NCBI GenBank assembly: GCA_964429305.1
Contig: CAYSCF010000004.1
Location: forward strand, 1,845-65,844
DNA length: 64,000 nucleotides
Reading direction: 5' to 3'
DNA from: an uncultured Sandaracinaceae bacterium
GTDB taxonomy: Bacteria; Myxococcota_A; Polyangia; Polyangiales; Sandaracinaceae
Position numbers and translations under genes: made by a program. This document shows, one piece after another, positions 45,932 through 56,800 of this stretch (its first letter is position 1; each line of letters opens with the position of its first letter). Under the pieces are notes generated by a model. That model was not told where the DNA came from. It did no database searches and saw only the letters and a program-made list of their open reading frames with translations.

Positions 45932-47460
45932 GACCGGTCCTGTTCGTGGTGGGCTTCGCGCTCGGCTGGAGCTCGCTGGCTCACGCTCAGTCGACGATCT
46001 CGATGGATCGCGCGGCCGACGAGGCGATCGCACAGAGCCCGACGCTGCAGGTGGCGGTGCTCACGGCGCGCAGCGCGCAGCGGTTCGTCGTCGAGCAGGA
46101 GGCGTTCTACCAGTTCATGCTGCAGCTCGATGCGAACGGATCGGTCGGAAACACGCCGCAGCTCGCATTCGGCGCCGGTCCGCCCGATCCGCTCACGGGG
46201 CTCTCGCTCCCGACGATCACGCGCCCACACACGATCATCTACCCGTACTCCGAGCAGCTCGATCTCGGCGCGCAGATCTCGCGCGCGCTGCCGTGGGGCA
46301 TGACGATCACGGGCCGCGTCGACGGCATCCGATCGCTGCGCGCGGCCTCGCTCCAGGCCGGCAGCGCGAACATCGTCACCACCGGCCCGGGCTACGGCTT
46401 CAACGCTCAGCTCACCGTCTCGCAGTCTCTGCTGCGCGGCTTCGGCGAGACGGTCGGCTACGCGTCGCTCTATCAAGCGCGCGCCGATCGCGCCGGCTTC
46501 GACGCGACGCGCGATCGCACCGCGAGCGGCCTCTTGCGCGACACGCTCGTCGCGTACTGGGAGCTCTGGTACGCCGAGCGCGCGCTCGAGATCCAGCACT
46601 CGGCGCACGACGTGATCCAGAGGCAGCGCGACGATGCGCAGCGACGTGCGGATCTCGGCGCGCTCTCCGGCGCCGACGTGCTCACGCTCGAGGCGCAGCT
46701 CGCCGCGATCGACACGACGATCGCCACCGCCGAGCTCACCGTCGCCAACGCAGGCATCGTGCTCGCGCGCTTGCTCGGTCGTCGCGAGGGCGCCGTGCTC
46801 CCGTCGACCGAGCCCGCGCCGCCGCATCTCTCGTCGGTGGGGACCGCAGATGCCGTGTCGAACGCAGTCGATCACGCGCCCGAGGTGATCGAGGCGCGCG
46901 CGCGGATCGAGTCGGCGCGCGTCACGTCCACGATCGCCGGACAAGCACTGATGCCGGTGCTCAACATCGGTGCGACGTTCGAGGTGCTCGGGCTCGGCTT
47001 CGACAACGTGGGCCAGACGTTCTCCACGTTCGGCTCGCTCACGGCGGTTCAGTTCCTCGGCACGCTCACGTACCAGACGCCGCTCGACGACACTCAGATC
47101 CACATGGAGCAGGAGCGCGCGCAGATCGCGATCGAGATCGCCGAGCAGAACTACCAAGCGGCGCGCGCGCAGGCGATGGCGGACGCGACGACGGCGCTGC
47201 GCTCCGATCAGGTCGCGGTGCGGCGGCTCGAGCTGGCCGACCACGCGGTCGACGTCGCGCAGCGCGCGCTCGCTGCACAAGAGGAACGGCTCTCGCTCGG
47301 CTCGGGGCTCGTGATCGACGTGCTCACGGCGACGCAGACACTGCGCCAGTCGGAGCTCGACCGCGCACGCGCCGAGGTCGACGCGCAGGAAGCACGGCTA
47401 CGCCTGCTGCATCTGCTCGGTCAGCTGCTCGCACGCTTCGACGAGCGCGCGCCCGACTAG
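45928..47460 (+). CDS. TolC-family outer-membrane efflux protein
   Basis: ATG 45928 overlaps the mdtC stop (ATGA). Signal MRPVLFVVGFALGWSSLAHA. Two coiled-coil/beta repeats typical of OMF proteins. Confidence 0.8.
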   Translation: MRPVLFVVGFALGWSSLAHAQSTISMDRAADEAIAQSPTLQVAVLTARSAQRFVVEQEAFYQFMLQLDANGSVGNTPQLAFGAGPPDPLTGLSLPTITRPHTIIYPYSEQLDLGAQISRALPWGMTITGRVDGIRSLRAASLQAGSANIVTTGPGYGFNAQLTVSQSLLRGFGETVGYASLYQARADRAGFDATRDRTASGLLRDTLVAYWELWYAERALEIQHSAHDVIQRQRDDAQRRADLGALSGADVLTLEAQLAAIDTTIATAELTVANAGIVLARLLGRREGAVLPSTEPAPPHLSSVGTADAVSNAVDHAPEVIEARARIESARVTSTIAGQALMPVLNIGATFEVLGLGFDNVGQTFSTFGSLTAVQFLGTLTYQTPLDDTQIHMEQERAQIAIEIAEQNYQAARAQAMADATTALRSDQVAVRRLELADHAVDVAQRALAAQEERLSLGSGLVIDVLTATQTLRQSELDRARAEVDAQEARLRLLHLLGQLLARFDERAPD

Positions 47461-47468
47461 CGAAACGC

Positions 47469-48131
47469 TCAGCAGCTGTCGCCGTCGGCCACGCAGACGT
47501 TGCCGGTGCCGCGGCACGACATGCACGACTCTCCGCTCGGACAGCCCACGGTGCGGCAGTCGGTCGGGGTCGCGCACGGGCCGTGATAGAGGACGCTCTG
47601 GCCCGCGGAGGAGGCCTCGCACTCGTTGTCGTACGTGTGCCCGTTGCAGCCGCAGACCGGATCGATCGTGTCGGTGCAGACGTCGGGGCGCACGACGCAC
47701 GTGCCGGTGCCGCCGCACGTGTCGACCGGGTACTGACAGAACTCCGTACCGGTGCAGGCGGGCGAGCACGGGTCGGGGTTGTCGCACACGGCCATGCCGC
47801 AGCGACACGGATCGAGGTCGTTGTCGTAGTGACAGTGCGGAGGCAGCGTGATGCACGTCGGCGGAGGCGTGGCGCAGCCGGTGTCGGGCGACATCGCGGC
47901 GTCGTGACCACCATCCGGAACGATCGCGGCGTCGTGACCGGCATCGATCACCACGGGCGCGTCGGTCCCGGCATCGCGCGGCGTGAAGGCGTCCACGTGA
48001 CCGCCGTCGGTGGCGCCGCCATCGATGGCGCCGCCGTCCGGAGCGACGAAGGCGTCGGTCGTCGACACCCGATCGGTGCAGCCGAGCGCGAGCACGAGCG
48101 CCAAGAACGATGCCGAACGGAGCGAAGTCAT
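47469..48131 (-). CDS. Lipoprotein with Kazal-type inhibitor-like domain
   Basis: MTSLRSASFLALVLALGC lipobox (ATG 48131; 48140 is an alternative). CTDTIDPVCGCNGHTYDNECEASSAGQSVLYHGPC matches the Kazal pattern. Confidence 0.7.
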   Translation of the reverse strand: MTSLRSASFLALVLALGCTDRVSTTDAFVAPDGGAIDGGATDGGHVDAFTPRDAGTDAPVVIDAGHDAAIVPDGGHDAAMSPDTGCATPPPTCITLPPHCHYDNDLDPCRCGMAVCDNPDPCSPACTGTEFCQYPVDTCGGTGTCVVRPDVCTDTIDPVCGCNGHTYDNECEASSAGQSVLYHGPCATPTDCRTVGCPSGESCMSCRGTGNVCVADGDSC

Positions 48132-48169
48132 CGCCCGCAAGGTGTCTCACGCTCGCGATCGTCGCAATG

Positions 48170-49360
<1,191 letters not shown>

Positions 49361-49377
49361 CGAGGTGCTCCTGGCGG

Positions 49378-50151
49378 TTATTCGAGGCTGGCGAAGAAGG
49401 CGCGGATCTTCTTCACGTGAAGACCCGTCACGAAGTGATGGATGATCGGCAGCGCGCGCTCGATCATCGCGGCGGCGCGCTCGGGCGAGATGCGATCGAT
49501 GCGGCTCGCGAGCAGCACGGCCTCGCGGTTGAAGAGCTCGTCGACGACCTCCTGCACGAGCGTGAGGTCGTCGATCTTCAGTCCGAGATCGTCGGCGTAG
49601 CCGAGACGACGCAGCTCGCCCCACGCTTCGAGCAACCACGCATCGTCGGCGGCGATCACGGTCGTGCCGTTCTCGTCCTCGCGTGCGCCGATGAGGCCGA
49701 TCTCGACGGCGTGATCGAGATCGCTGCGCGGAACGTCGGCGCGCGCGCACACGTCGTCGGCACGGACGGTGACCTCGGGCGCGCCGTCGGGACGCACGAG
49801 CTGGCCGTGCGCGAGACGCTGCTTCACGTCGAGCATCACGTTGCGCTGTTCGGGCGCGAAGTGCTCTTCGCGACCTTCGATGAGCGCCTTGATGGCCTTG
49901 AGCGGCAGGAAGCGCTCGTGCTGGAGCTTCTTGATGAGCTTGAGCCGCTCGACGTGCTCGGGACCGTAGAGCGCCATGTTGCGGCCGGTCTTGGTGCCGG
50001 GCGGCAAGAGGCCTTCGTGGATGTAGAAGTGGATCGCCTGACGCGGAAGGCCCGTCTCGGCGCAGAGATCTTTCATGCGCAGCGTGTGCGTGCTGCCGCT
50101 GTCGGGCGCGAAGCTCGGCACGATGCTCGGCGATCGGGAGGACGCATCCAT
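49378..50151 (-). CDS. MerR-family transcriptional regulator with an about 170-aa C-terminal domain
   Basis: ATG 50151 overlaps the upstream stop (TGATG). HTH LRMKDLCAETGLPRQAIHFYIHEGLLPPG...YGPEHVERLKLIKKLQHERFLPLKAIKALI. Confidence 0.8.
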   Translation of the reverse strand: MDASSRSPSIVPSFAPDSGSTHTLRMKDLCAETGLPRQAIHFYIHEGLLPPGTKTGRNMALYGPEHVERLKLIKKLQHERFLPLKAIKALIEGREEHFAPEQRNVMLDVKQRLAHGQLVRPDGAPEVTVRADDVCARADVPRSDLDHAVEIGLIGAREDENGTTVIAADDAWLLEAWGELRRLGYADDLGLKIDDLTLVQEVVDELFNREAVLLASRIDRISPERAAAMIERALPIIHHFVTGLHVKKIRAFFASLE

Positions 50152-51536
50152 CACGGGACCTCGAGCGTGACGGGGCTGCGCGCGCGGCCGACGCAGGTGA
50201 GCACGAGACCCTGCGCGCGCTCGGCGTCGGTGAGGCAGCTCGGCTCGTCGACGTCGACCTCGCCGCTCACGGCCGTGCAGCGACACGCGCCGCAGCCACC
50301 GAGCTGACACGACGAAGGCATCTCGGCGCCGGTGCGCGTGGCGGCCTCGAGGATCGTCTCGCCGTCGCGCTGCACGAAGGTTTGCAGCACGCCGCGGCGA
50401 CGGATGGTGATCGTCTGATCGCCGGTCGGGTAGCGACGTGCGCTCGGATCGGCGGGCGAGAGGAATCGTTCTTCGCGGATGCGCGCAGCATCGATGCCGG
50501 TCTCGCTCAGCGCTTGGCGGACCGAGGCCATCATCGCGGCGGGGCCGCACACGAAGAAGAGCGGCGCGTCTTCGCCGGGCAGGCGCGCGTCGAGCGCGAG
50601 CTCGGAGACGAGCGCGCGGATCGTCGCAGCGTCGGGGCGGCCGAGACGATGAGGACGCTCGCAGGGCTCTTCGAGGACGTGCAGGACGCGGAATCGATCG
50701 CTCGCGAGGCGATCGAGCGCCCCCTGGAAGATCACGTCGCTCTCGCGGCGGTTGCCGAACACGAGCGTGATGCGCGCGCCGCGCTCGCTCGTCAGCGCCG
50801 TGCGCAGGATCGACATGACCGGCGTGATGCCGCTGCCGCCGGCGAACAGGACGAGATGGCGAGGCGCGCGCGCGGTCGGGACGACGAAGCTGCCGGAGGG
50901 GCCGCTCGTCTCGATACGATCACCGACGCGCAGCGTGCCGTGCAGATGATTCGAGACGAGACCGTTCTCGATCTTCTTCACGACGATGGTCGCGTGGGGG
51001 CCGTCGCTCGGTGTGCTGCTGATCGAGTAGGCACGACGAAGCGAGCGGCCCTCGATCGAGAGATGCAGCGTGAGGAATTGGCCGGGCGCGAACGTGATCG
51101 GCTTGCCGCTCGGATCGGCGAGCGTGATGGCGAGCGCGTCGTCGGTCTCGTGTGCGAGCGATGCGACGACCAACGTGCGATGCGCTGGTGCAGTCGACTC
51201 GTGCACGGCGGGGCGCGCGGGTCGTGCGACGACCGAAGGCATGCGATCGCCGCGCAGCTCGCGCGTGACGGTGCGGAGATCGCGCGCGAGAACGGCGTAA
51301 CGCTCGGCGAGCGGGCCGGGCAAGAGCTCGTAGATCGGATCGATCGCGGAGAGCGCGCGGGGGCGGGCGATCGGCGCCTCTCGCGTGGAGAACGGAGCGA
51401 CGCGCTTGCCGGAGAGGCCGTCGACGAGCGAGCCGGCATCGAGGCGAGCCTGATCGACGACACGGGCGAGCGAGCTCGGAAGGACGTGGGCCAGCGCGCT
51501 GGCGGCGACGTCGAGAGCTCGAGCTCGTCTGCGCAT
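50151..51536 (-). CDS. Ferredoxin-NAD(P) reductase-type oxidoreductase with C-terminal 2Fe-2S ferredoxin domain and about 125-aa N-terminal extension
   Basis: ATG 51536 (MRRRARALD). RRAYSISS (FAD binding), LFAGGSGITPVMS (NAD binding), CQLGGCGACRC...LTC (plant-type 2Fe-2S). The N-terminal extension keeps high GC3. Confidence 0.8.
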   Translation of the reverse strand: MRRRARALDVAASALAHVLPSSLARVVDQARLDAGSLVDGLSGKRVAPFSTREAPIARPRALSAIDPIYELLPGPLAERYAVLARDLRTVTRELRGDRMPSVVARPARPAVHESTAPAHRTLVVASLAHETDDALAITLADPSGKPITFAPGQFLTLHLSIEGRSLRRAYSISSTPSDGPHATIVVKKIENGLVSNHLHGTLRVGDRIETSGPSGSFVVPTARAPRHLVLFAGGSGITPVMSILRTALTSERGARITLVFGNRRESDVIFQGALDRLASDRFRVLHVLEEPCERPHRLGRPDAATIRALVSELALDARLPGEDAPLFFVCGPAAMMASVRQALSETGIDAARIREERFLSPADPSARRYPTGDQTITIRRRGVLQTFVQRDGETILEAATRTGAEMPSSCQLGGCGACRCTAVSGEVDVDEPSCLTDAERAQGLVLTCVGRARSPVTLEVP

Positions 51537-51556
51537 GAAGAGAAGGTGCTCGATGC

Positions 51557-51587
51557 TATGTAGAGTGTCAAGTATCACTTTACACAA
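51557..51587 (-). promoter_or_regulatory. MerR-type promoter: -35 TTGTGT, 19-nt spacer carrying a dyad, -10 TACATA
   Basis: Minus strand reads TTGTGT-aaagtgatacttgacactc-TACATA. Dyad TGTAAAGTG-N8-CACTCTACA (plus 51559-51584) is centred on the spacer. 20 nt before ATG 51536. Local low GC. Confidence 0.55.
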
Positions 51588-51618
51588 TGCGAGTGCGATC
51601 GTGTTTCTGCGGGAAAAG

Positions 51619-52773
51619 ATGCGACCCGGTCGGGTGTCAGACACCCTGGAGAAGGTGTCTGGCACCGTGACGAGAGGCGGTTTCGTGGTCGCGATCATGG
51701 TCGCGGCGTGCGGAGCGCCGCCTGCGACGAGCGCGCCGGTCGCGAGCGCGGCGCCCGTGGTGGAGACGCCGGAGATGCCGGTCGAGGCGCCCGTGGTGGA
51801 GGCGCCCGTGGTGGAGGCGCCGGCGATCGAGAGCGGGAGCGAGAGCGAGAGCGAGAGCGGGAGCGGGAGCGAGAGCACGACCACCAGCGACGTCGTCACG
51901 CTGGCCGATGCGACGCCTTCGAGCTCGACCTCGATCGGCGGGCCCAACGAAGGTCGTCTCGAAGGCGGCGTCCCGCTTCCGCGGCGCGCGCCCGGCCTGC
52001 TCAGCAACCCGCGCCGACCCAATCGCGAGGCGTACTTCGGGACCTACGAGCTCATCCGCTCGATCGTCGATGCCGCCGCGATCGTCCATCGCGAGCTGCC
52101 CGGCGGCACGCTGACGATCAACGACATCGGCTTCCGCGAGGGCGGCACCATCGCGCACCACGGCTCGCATCGCGCCGGCCGCGACGCCGACGTGCTCTTC
52201 TACATGCTCGATCCCGACGGCTCACCGCGAGCGGCGATGGCCGTGCCGATCGATCTCGCTGGGCAGGGCACCGACTACGGCGATCTCGTCGATCCCTCCG
52301 ACGACGTGCCGATGCAGATCGACATCGCGCGCACGTGGCGTCTCGTGCAGGCGCTCGTCTCGGACGACGACGCGCTCGTGCAGCGCATCTTCGTCGTCGA
52401 GCACGTCCGCACGATGCTGCTCGCCGAGGCCGCGCGCGTGCATGCGCCGCGCGCTGCGGTCCGCCGCTTCGAGGACGTCAGCTGTCAGCCCGGTTATCCG
52501 CACGACGATCACCTGCACGTTCGCTACTTCTGCACGAACGAAGATCTCGCGGGCGGCTGCGAGGACGCGACGCCGATCTATCCGTGGCGCCGCGAGCAGC
52601 TGGAGGCCGCGGGCCTCGAGCCCGTGATCGCGCATCCGCGCCGCCGATCGAGCGAGACCGCGCCGACCTCACCGCCCGAAGGCACACCGATGGACGCTGC
52701 GGTCGCCGAGTTCCTCGCGCGACGCGAGACGTGGGCGCACCAGCCGCATCCCGGTCGCCCCTACTGTCGCTGA
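51619..52773 (+). CDS. mepA: Penicillin-insensitive murein endopeptidase MepA-like (LAS/M74 metallopeptidase) lipoprotein
   Basis: ATG 51619 (GTG 51667 is an alternative). Lipobox VVAIMVAAC. GGTIAHHGSHRAGRDADVLF and YPHDDHLHVRYFC metal-ligand motifs. Confidence 0.75.
   Translation: MRPGRVSDTLEKVSGTVTRGGFVVAIMVAACGAPPATSAPVASAAPVVETPEMPVEAPVVEAPVVEAPAIESGSESESESGSGSESTTTSDVVTLADATPSSSTSIGGPNEGRLEGGVPLPRRAPGLLSNPRRPNREAYFGTYELIRSIVDAAAIVHRELPGGTLTINDIGFREGGTIAHHGSHRAGRDADVLFYMLDPDGSPRAAMAVPIDLAGQGTDYGDLVDPSDDVPMQIDIARTWRLVQALVSDDDALVQRIFVVEHVRTMLLAEAARVHAPRAAVRRFEDVSCQPGYPHDDHLHVRYFCTNEDLAGGCEDATPIYPWRREQLEAAGLEPVIAHPRRRSSETAPTSPPEGTPMDAAVAEFLARRETWAHQPHPGRPYCR
51829..51876 (+). repeat. In-frame hexanucleotide microsatellite (GAGAGC/GGGAGC) x8 encoding ESGSESESESGSGSES
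   Basis: Direct reading. Preceded by 2.5 copies of the 15-nt unit GAGGCGCCCGTGGTG (from 51784). Confidence 0.8.
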
Positions 52774-52790
52774 ACGAGGGCTCTGAAGAG

Positions 52791-52964
52791 GGGGTCACTC
52801 CACACCCTCCCAAGTAGCGAGATTCACGGAGGACCGGCGGGTAGATGCGCATTTCGTGTCGGCTCGACGGAATCTCTCGCAAAACGAGAGCGATCCGACG
52901 AATTGCACATCCTGCCGCCGGTTCCGTTTGGAAACGCAGACTTACGACCCTGTGGAGTGACCCC
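52791..52964. repeat. Imperfect-palindromic intergenic element, copy B
   Basis: Same termini as copy A (17/17 nt and 13/13 nt). Inner arms 52836-52857 and 52901-52922. GTAG+ATGCGCAT at 52841-52852. Mini-hairpin 52874-52890. Lies between convergent stops. Confidence 0.75.
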
Positions 52965-52967
52965 GGG

Positions 52968-53768
52968 TCAGCGCGTGCCGATCGCCGCGCTCTCGCAGCT
53001 CGTGCTCGCGCCTTCGGTGCACACGAGCGCCGAGCCCGTGACGTGGCCGCGTCGCGCGCTGTGTCCCGTCAGCGTGATCACGTAGGAAGCGCCCGGCGAG
53101 AGCGTGGCATGCGCGACGCCCAGCGCGCGTCCATGGCACGCCGTGTCGCTCGCCGCGTGCAGCGCGAACGCGTTCGCGCCTTCGGTCATCGGCGTCGACT
53201 GCGAGATCGCGCCGGGCGCCATCGCCGTCGCGACGGGCGAGGTCCCGATGCACACGTCGACCGGGCCCACGCCCACCAATCCGTGCACGAGACGCGCGCG
53301 CGTGGACGTGCTGCTCGCGTCCTCGTCGAGCACCGTCACCGTGAGCGGCGGCTCGGCTGACGGCTCGCCGTACACGAGCACGATCGGATGCGCGCCCTCG
53401 CCGAGCGTGATGTCCGTCGCCAGGACCTCGGCGGCCTCGCCCGTCTCGACCGACGCGACACCGAGCAGATGCAGCGCGTGCGCCCCCGAAGCGACCTCGA
53501 TCGCACCGCTCGCCGAGAGCGCCGCGAGATCCGAGACGATCGGCGGATCCCCGTCGAGACGGATCGAGAACGTCGAGAGGCCCGGATCGGGCGAGCCGTG
53601 CACGACGTGGATCGATGCGGGCGCTGGCGGAGGCGGCGGAGGCGGCGGCTCTTCGTGGCCCGTCGTCGTCTCCTCGGGCGGCGGCGGCGGCGGCGCGCTC
53701 GATCCACACGCCGTCGAACAGCACAGCGCTATTCCGCCCACCATCCAATGGCCCCAGCTCTTTCTCAT
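52968..53768 (-). CDS. DUF4397-like lipoprotein
   Basis: ORF trimmed to ATG 53768 (MRKSWGHWMVGGIALCCSTAC). Poly-Pro linker. Two IHVVHGSPD / ARLVHGLVGVGPVDVC type repeats. Confidence 0.7.
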   Translation of the reverse strand: MRKSWGHWMVGGIALCCSTACGSSAPPPPPPEETTTGHEEPPPPPPPPAPASIHVVHGSPDPGLSTFSIRLDGDPPIVSDLAALSASGAIEVASGAHALHLLGVASVETGEAAEVLATDITLGEGAHPIVLVYGEPSAEPPLTVTVLDEDASSTSTRARLVHGLVGVGPVDVCIGTSPVATAMAPGAISQSTPMTEGANAFALHAASDTACHGRALGVAHATLSPGASYVITLTGHSARRGHVTGSALVCTEGASTSCESAAIGTR

Positions 53769-53850
53769 CGGGGGCGGATCCTGCCACGACGCGAGCCGAC
53801 TCGCGTTCCTTTCTCGCGTCCTGAGGAGCCGCTTCGCTATCCTTTCGTCC

Positions 53851-56800
53851 TTGGCCGTCGTTTCGCCGCGAGTCCTCAAGCCCTCCGAGCTCGCGCTCGA
53901 GGATCGCCCGACCGTTCTCGTCATCGGTCGAGGCGAGGCGATGCTCGACGCCGTGGCGCTGGCGCTCGATCGGCACGGGGTGCAGCTCGAGATCGGCGAC
54001 CCGCTCAATCCGGTCCAATCGGTCTTCGTACAAGCTCCGGATCTCGTCCTGCTCGTCGGCGACGCCGTCGTCGAGGAGGGTCGCGCGACCCTCGAGAAGC
54101 TCGCCGCGACCGTCGCGACCGCCGTGATCCCCGTCGCGATCCTCTCGGACGATGCCGGTCTCGATCACCGCCTCCAGGCCGCGCGCCTGGGCGCCGTCGC
54201 CGTGGTGCTCCGCAGCGCGAGCGCCGATGCGATGGCGCAGCGCATCGCCGAGGTCGCGCGCGAGCTGCCCGAGCGAAAAGGAACCGAGGGCGCCACCGAT
54301 CTCGGCGAGGCCACGCTCGACGAGGTGGTCGAGCTCTTCGCGCGCCGCCTGCGCAGCGGCGTTCTGGCCGTCACCGCGAGCGGTGGGAGCGAGCGCGTCG
54401 TGCTCCGCGGCGATCGGCCGGTCACGCAGGCGATCGAGGAGCTCGTCGATCGCCTTCGCCCGCTCGTCACGCAGTCGGACACCGTGCGCTGGGAGTTCCA
54501 GCAGTCGCCGACCGGCAAGCTCGCGGAGCTCACGCTCGACGACGAGCCCTCGGGAGAGCTCGACCTCGCGAAGCTCTTTCGCGATCGACGCATCGTGATC
54601 GTCGAGAAGAGCCCCGCCCGCGCCGACGATCTCGTCGTCGCACTGCGCGAGCGCGGCGCGCACGTCGTCGTCATCGACGGCGAAGGCACGGGCCTCGCGA
54701 AGGCGCGCGCGATCGATCCCGACGTGATCCTCGTCGACGTGAGCGGCGTCGGCGGCTGGGCGAGCCAAGCGATGCAGCTCGTCCGCGGCGACTCGCGCCT
54801 GCGCTGGGCAGCGCTGCTCGTCACGCGCGGCGAAGAGCTCTGGCGGGCGAACACGCCCGAGCCCGACATCGCGCGCCTGGGCGCCGGCATGCTCCCGCTC
54901 GTCGAGCCCGACGAGAGCCTGATGCAGCGCGTGCGCGATGGTCAGAGCTCGATCGACGTGCGCCTCGAGACGACGGGGCCGACGCGTCTTCTTCGTGCGG
55001 TCGGTCGCGCCGGCGCCACCGTGCACGCGACGGTGCGTCATCGCCGCGCCACGATCGAGATCGACTTCGCCCAAGGACTGATCGTCGGCGCACGCGGCGA
55101 AGTGGCGAGCGAGCTGCCCGGTGCGCCCTCGTCGAAGGTCGAAGGCGCTGCAGCGCTGGCGATCTGGCTCGGTCTCGCCTCCGGACGCGTGCGCATCGAG
55201 CGTCGCGAGGCTCCGTCCGTCGCGAACGTGATGTCGCCGGTCGACGATGCGATTGCAGCAGCCGATCGCGAGACACCCCTCATCAAGCCGTCGATCCCGC
55301 CGCCCGCCGGCCCGCCGTCGCTGCATCCGGGCGCGAGCGCCTCGAACAGCGCGCGCCCTTCGCCGTCGGGAGAGACGGATGCACGCGCGCTCGTGAGCCA
55401 GCTCGAGACGCTGCTCGACAAGCTGCGTCACACGCTGCCTCCGGGATCGCTCGAGGTCCCGAGCGAGCTCGCGGCCAAGCTGGCCAAAGATCGTAAGGAC
55501 GCGACGCCGGTCGCCAACGCGGCGACCGCGATCCCGCCGCCCGCGAAGCTGCCCGCGCCGCCGCCGAAGCCGGGGATGCGCAAGGTGACGCAGATGGGGA
55601 TGCCGGTGCCGCCGGGCATCCTCGCGCGCCCGATGCCTGCGCCCGCGCCGAAACGTGTGCCCGCGCCCGCGTCGGTGATGCCGCTCGCGGCGCAGCTCGA
55701 GCCGGATCCGCCGAGCGCGCCGGCCGCTCCGATTCCTCCGTCGATCGGAGTGCCGCCTTCGGCGGTCGTGACCGCGTCCGTCGTCGCGCTGCCGCCGAGG
55801 GCGATCGCGAAGGGCGCGATCGACGATGCCCATCCGCTGCTCGCCGAGCCCGAGCCGCGGCCGAGCTCCGATCCGGCTGCTGGCATGGCGGGCGAGACGG
55901 ATCTCGCGGCGCTGCTCGAGGGCGAGCTCGTCTCGTCGCCTCCGCCCGGTCCGGAGACGGAGCCCGTGGTGGTCGCGCCGCCGGCGCGTGTGCTCGAGGC
56001 GACCGATCAGATCGCGCTGCCGCCGCCTTCGTCTGACGACCTAGACGATTCGGTCGCGTTGCCGGGCGCACGCTCTCGCGGCGCGAGCCTGATGATCGTC
56101 GGCATCGCCGTGCTGCTGGCGATGCTCGCGCTGGGAGTCGCGGCCGCGTGGCGGATGGGTCTGTTCACCCGCGTGGAGCCGGTCGCGCTCCCACTGCCGC
56201 CCACGACGACGGCGCCGGTCACTGCGGTGCCGCCAACGAGCGTCGCCGAGATCGCGCCGCCGCCGCCGACGACGACGACGATCGTGACCGCCGTAGTGCC
56301 GCCCACGAGCGCAGTCGAGCTCGCCGCCGTGCCGCCCACGAGCCTCGCCGAGATCACGCCGCCGCCGACGACGACCGTGGCCGAGGTGGCGCCGCCGCCG
56401 ACGACGACCGTCGCGATCGCTCCGCCGCCCAGCGCGATCGTCGAAGTCGCGGCACCGCCGCCGAGCACCGTCGTCGAGGACACCGAGCCCGAGGCGGAAG
56501 AAGACGCGGAGCCGAGCGTCGCGCTGCGTCCGGACGATCCGCAGCGGCTCGTCGATCGCGCGAACTTCCGCCGGACGCACGGCGATCTGCCGGGCGCCGA
56601 GGCCGACTACCTCCACGTGATCCGCGTGTCGCCGAACAACGCGCGCGCGCAAGCCGGTCTCGCGCGCTTGCACCTCGCGCGTCACGATGCGCGCACGGCC
56701 TCGACGTGGGCGCGGCGCCTGGCCGAAGGGCACTCGCCGAATGCCGGCAACTACGTGCTGCTCGGCGACACGCTGCAGGCGGCCGGCGACACGGCGGGCG

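Noticed and set aside
39540-46033. Series of long minus-strand ORFs (39540..42785, 42764..44959, 44984..46033) antisense to the RND transporter genes
   Set aside because: The plus-strand frames are collinear with MdtB/MdtC over more than 1000 aa each. The antisense frames are Arg/Asp/His-rich with no motifs.
51784-51876. CRISPR-like or other non-coding repeat arrays (also 4316-4378, 56191-56480, 57200-57545, 62600-62800)
   Set aside because: All are short-unit tandem repeats lying in frame within supported CDS, encoding low-complexity linkers. There is no repeat-spacer organisation and there are no cas genes.
52942-55833. 963-aa minus-strand ORF, and the N-terminal 250 codons of plus ORF 53104..56874
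   Set aside because: The minus ORF is Arg/Gly/Asp low complexity. The 5-prime part of the plus ORF is antisense to the DUF4397-like lipoprotein gene (52968-53768), which has a lipobox and proper start context.
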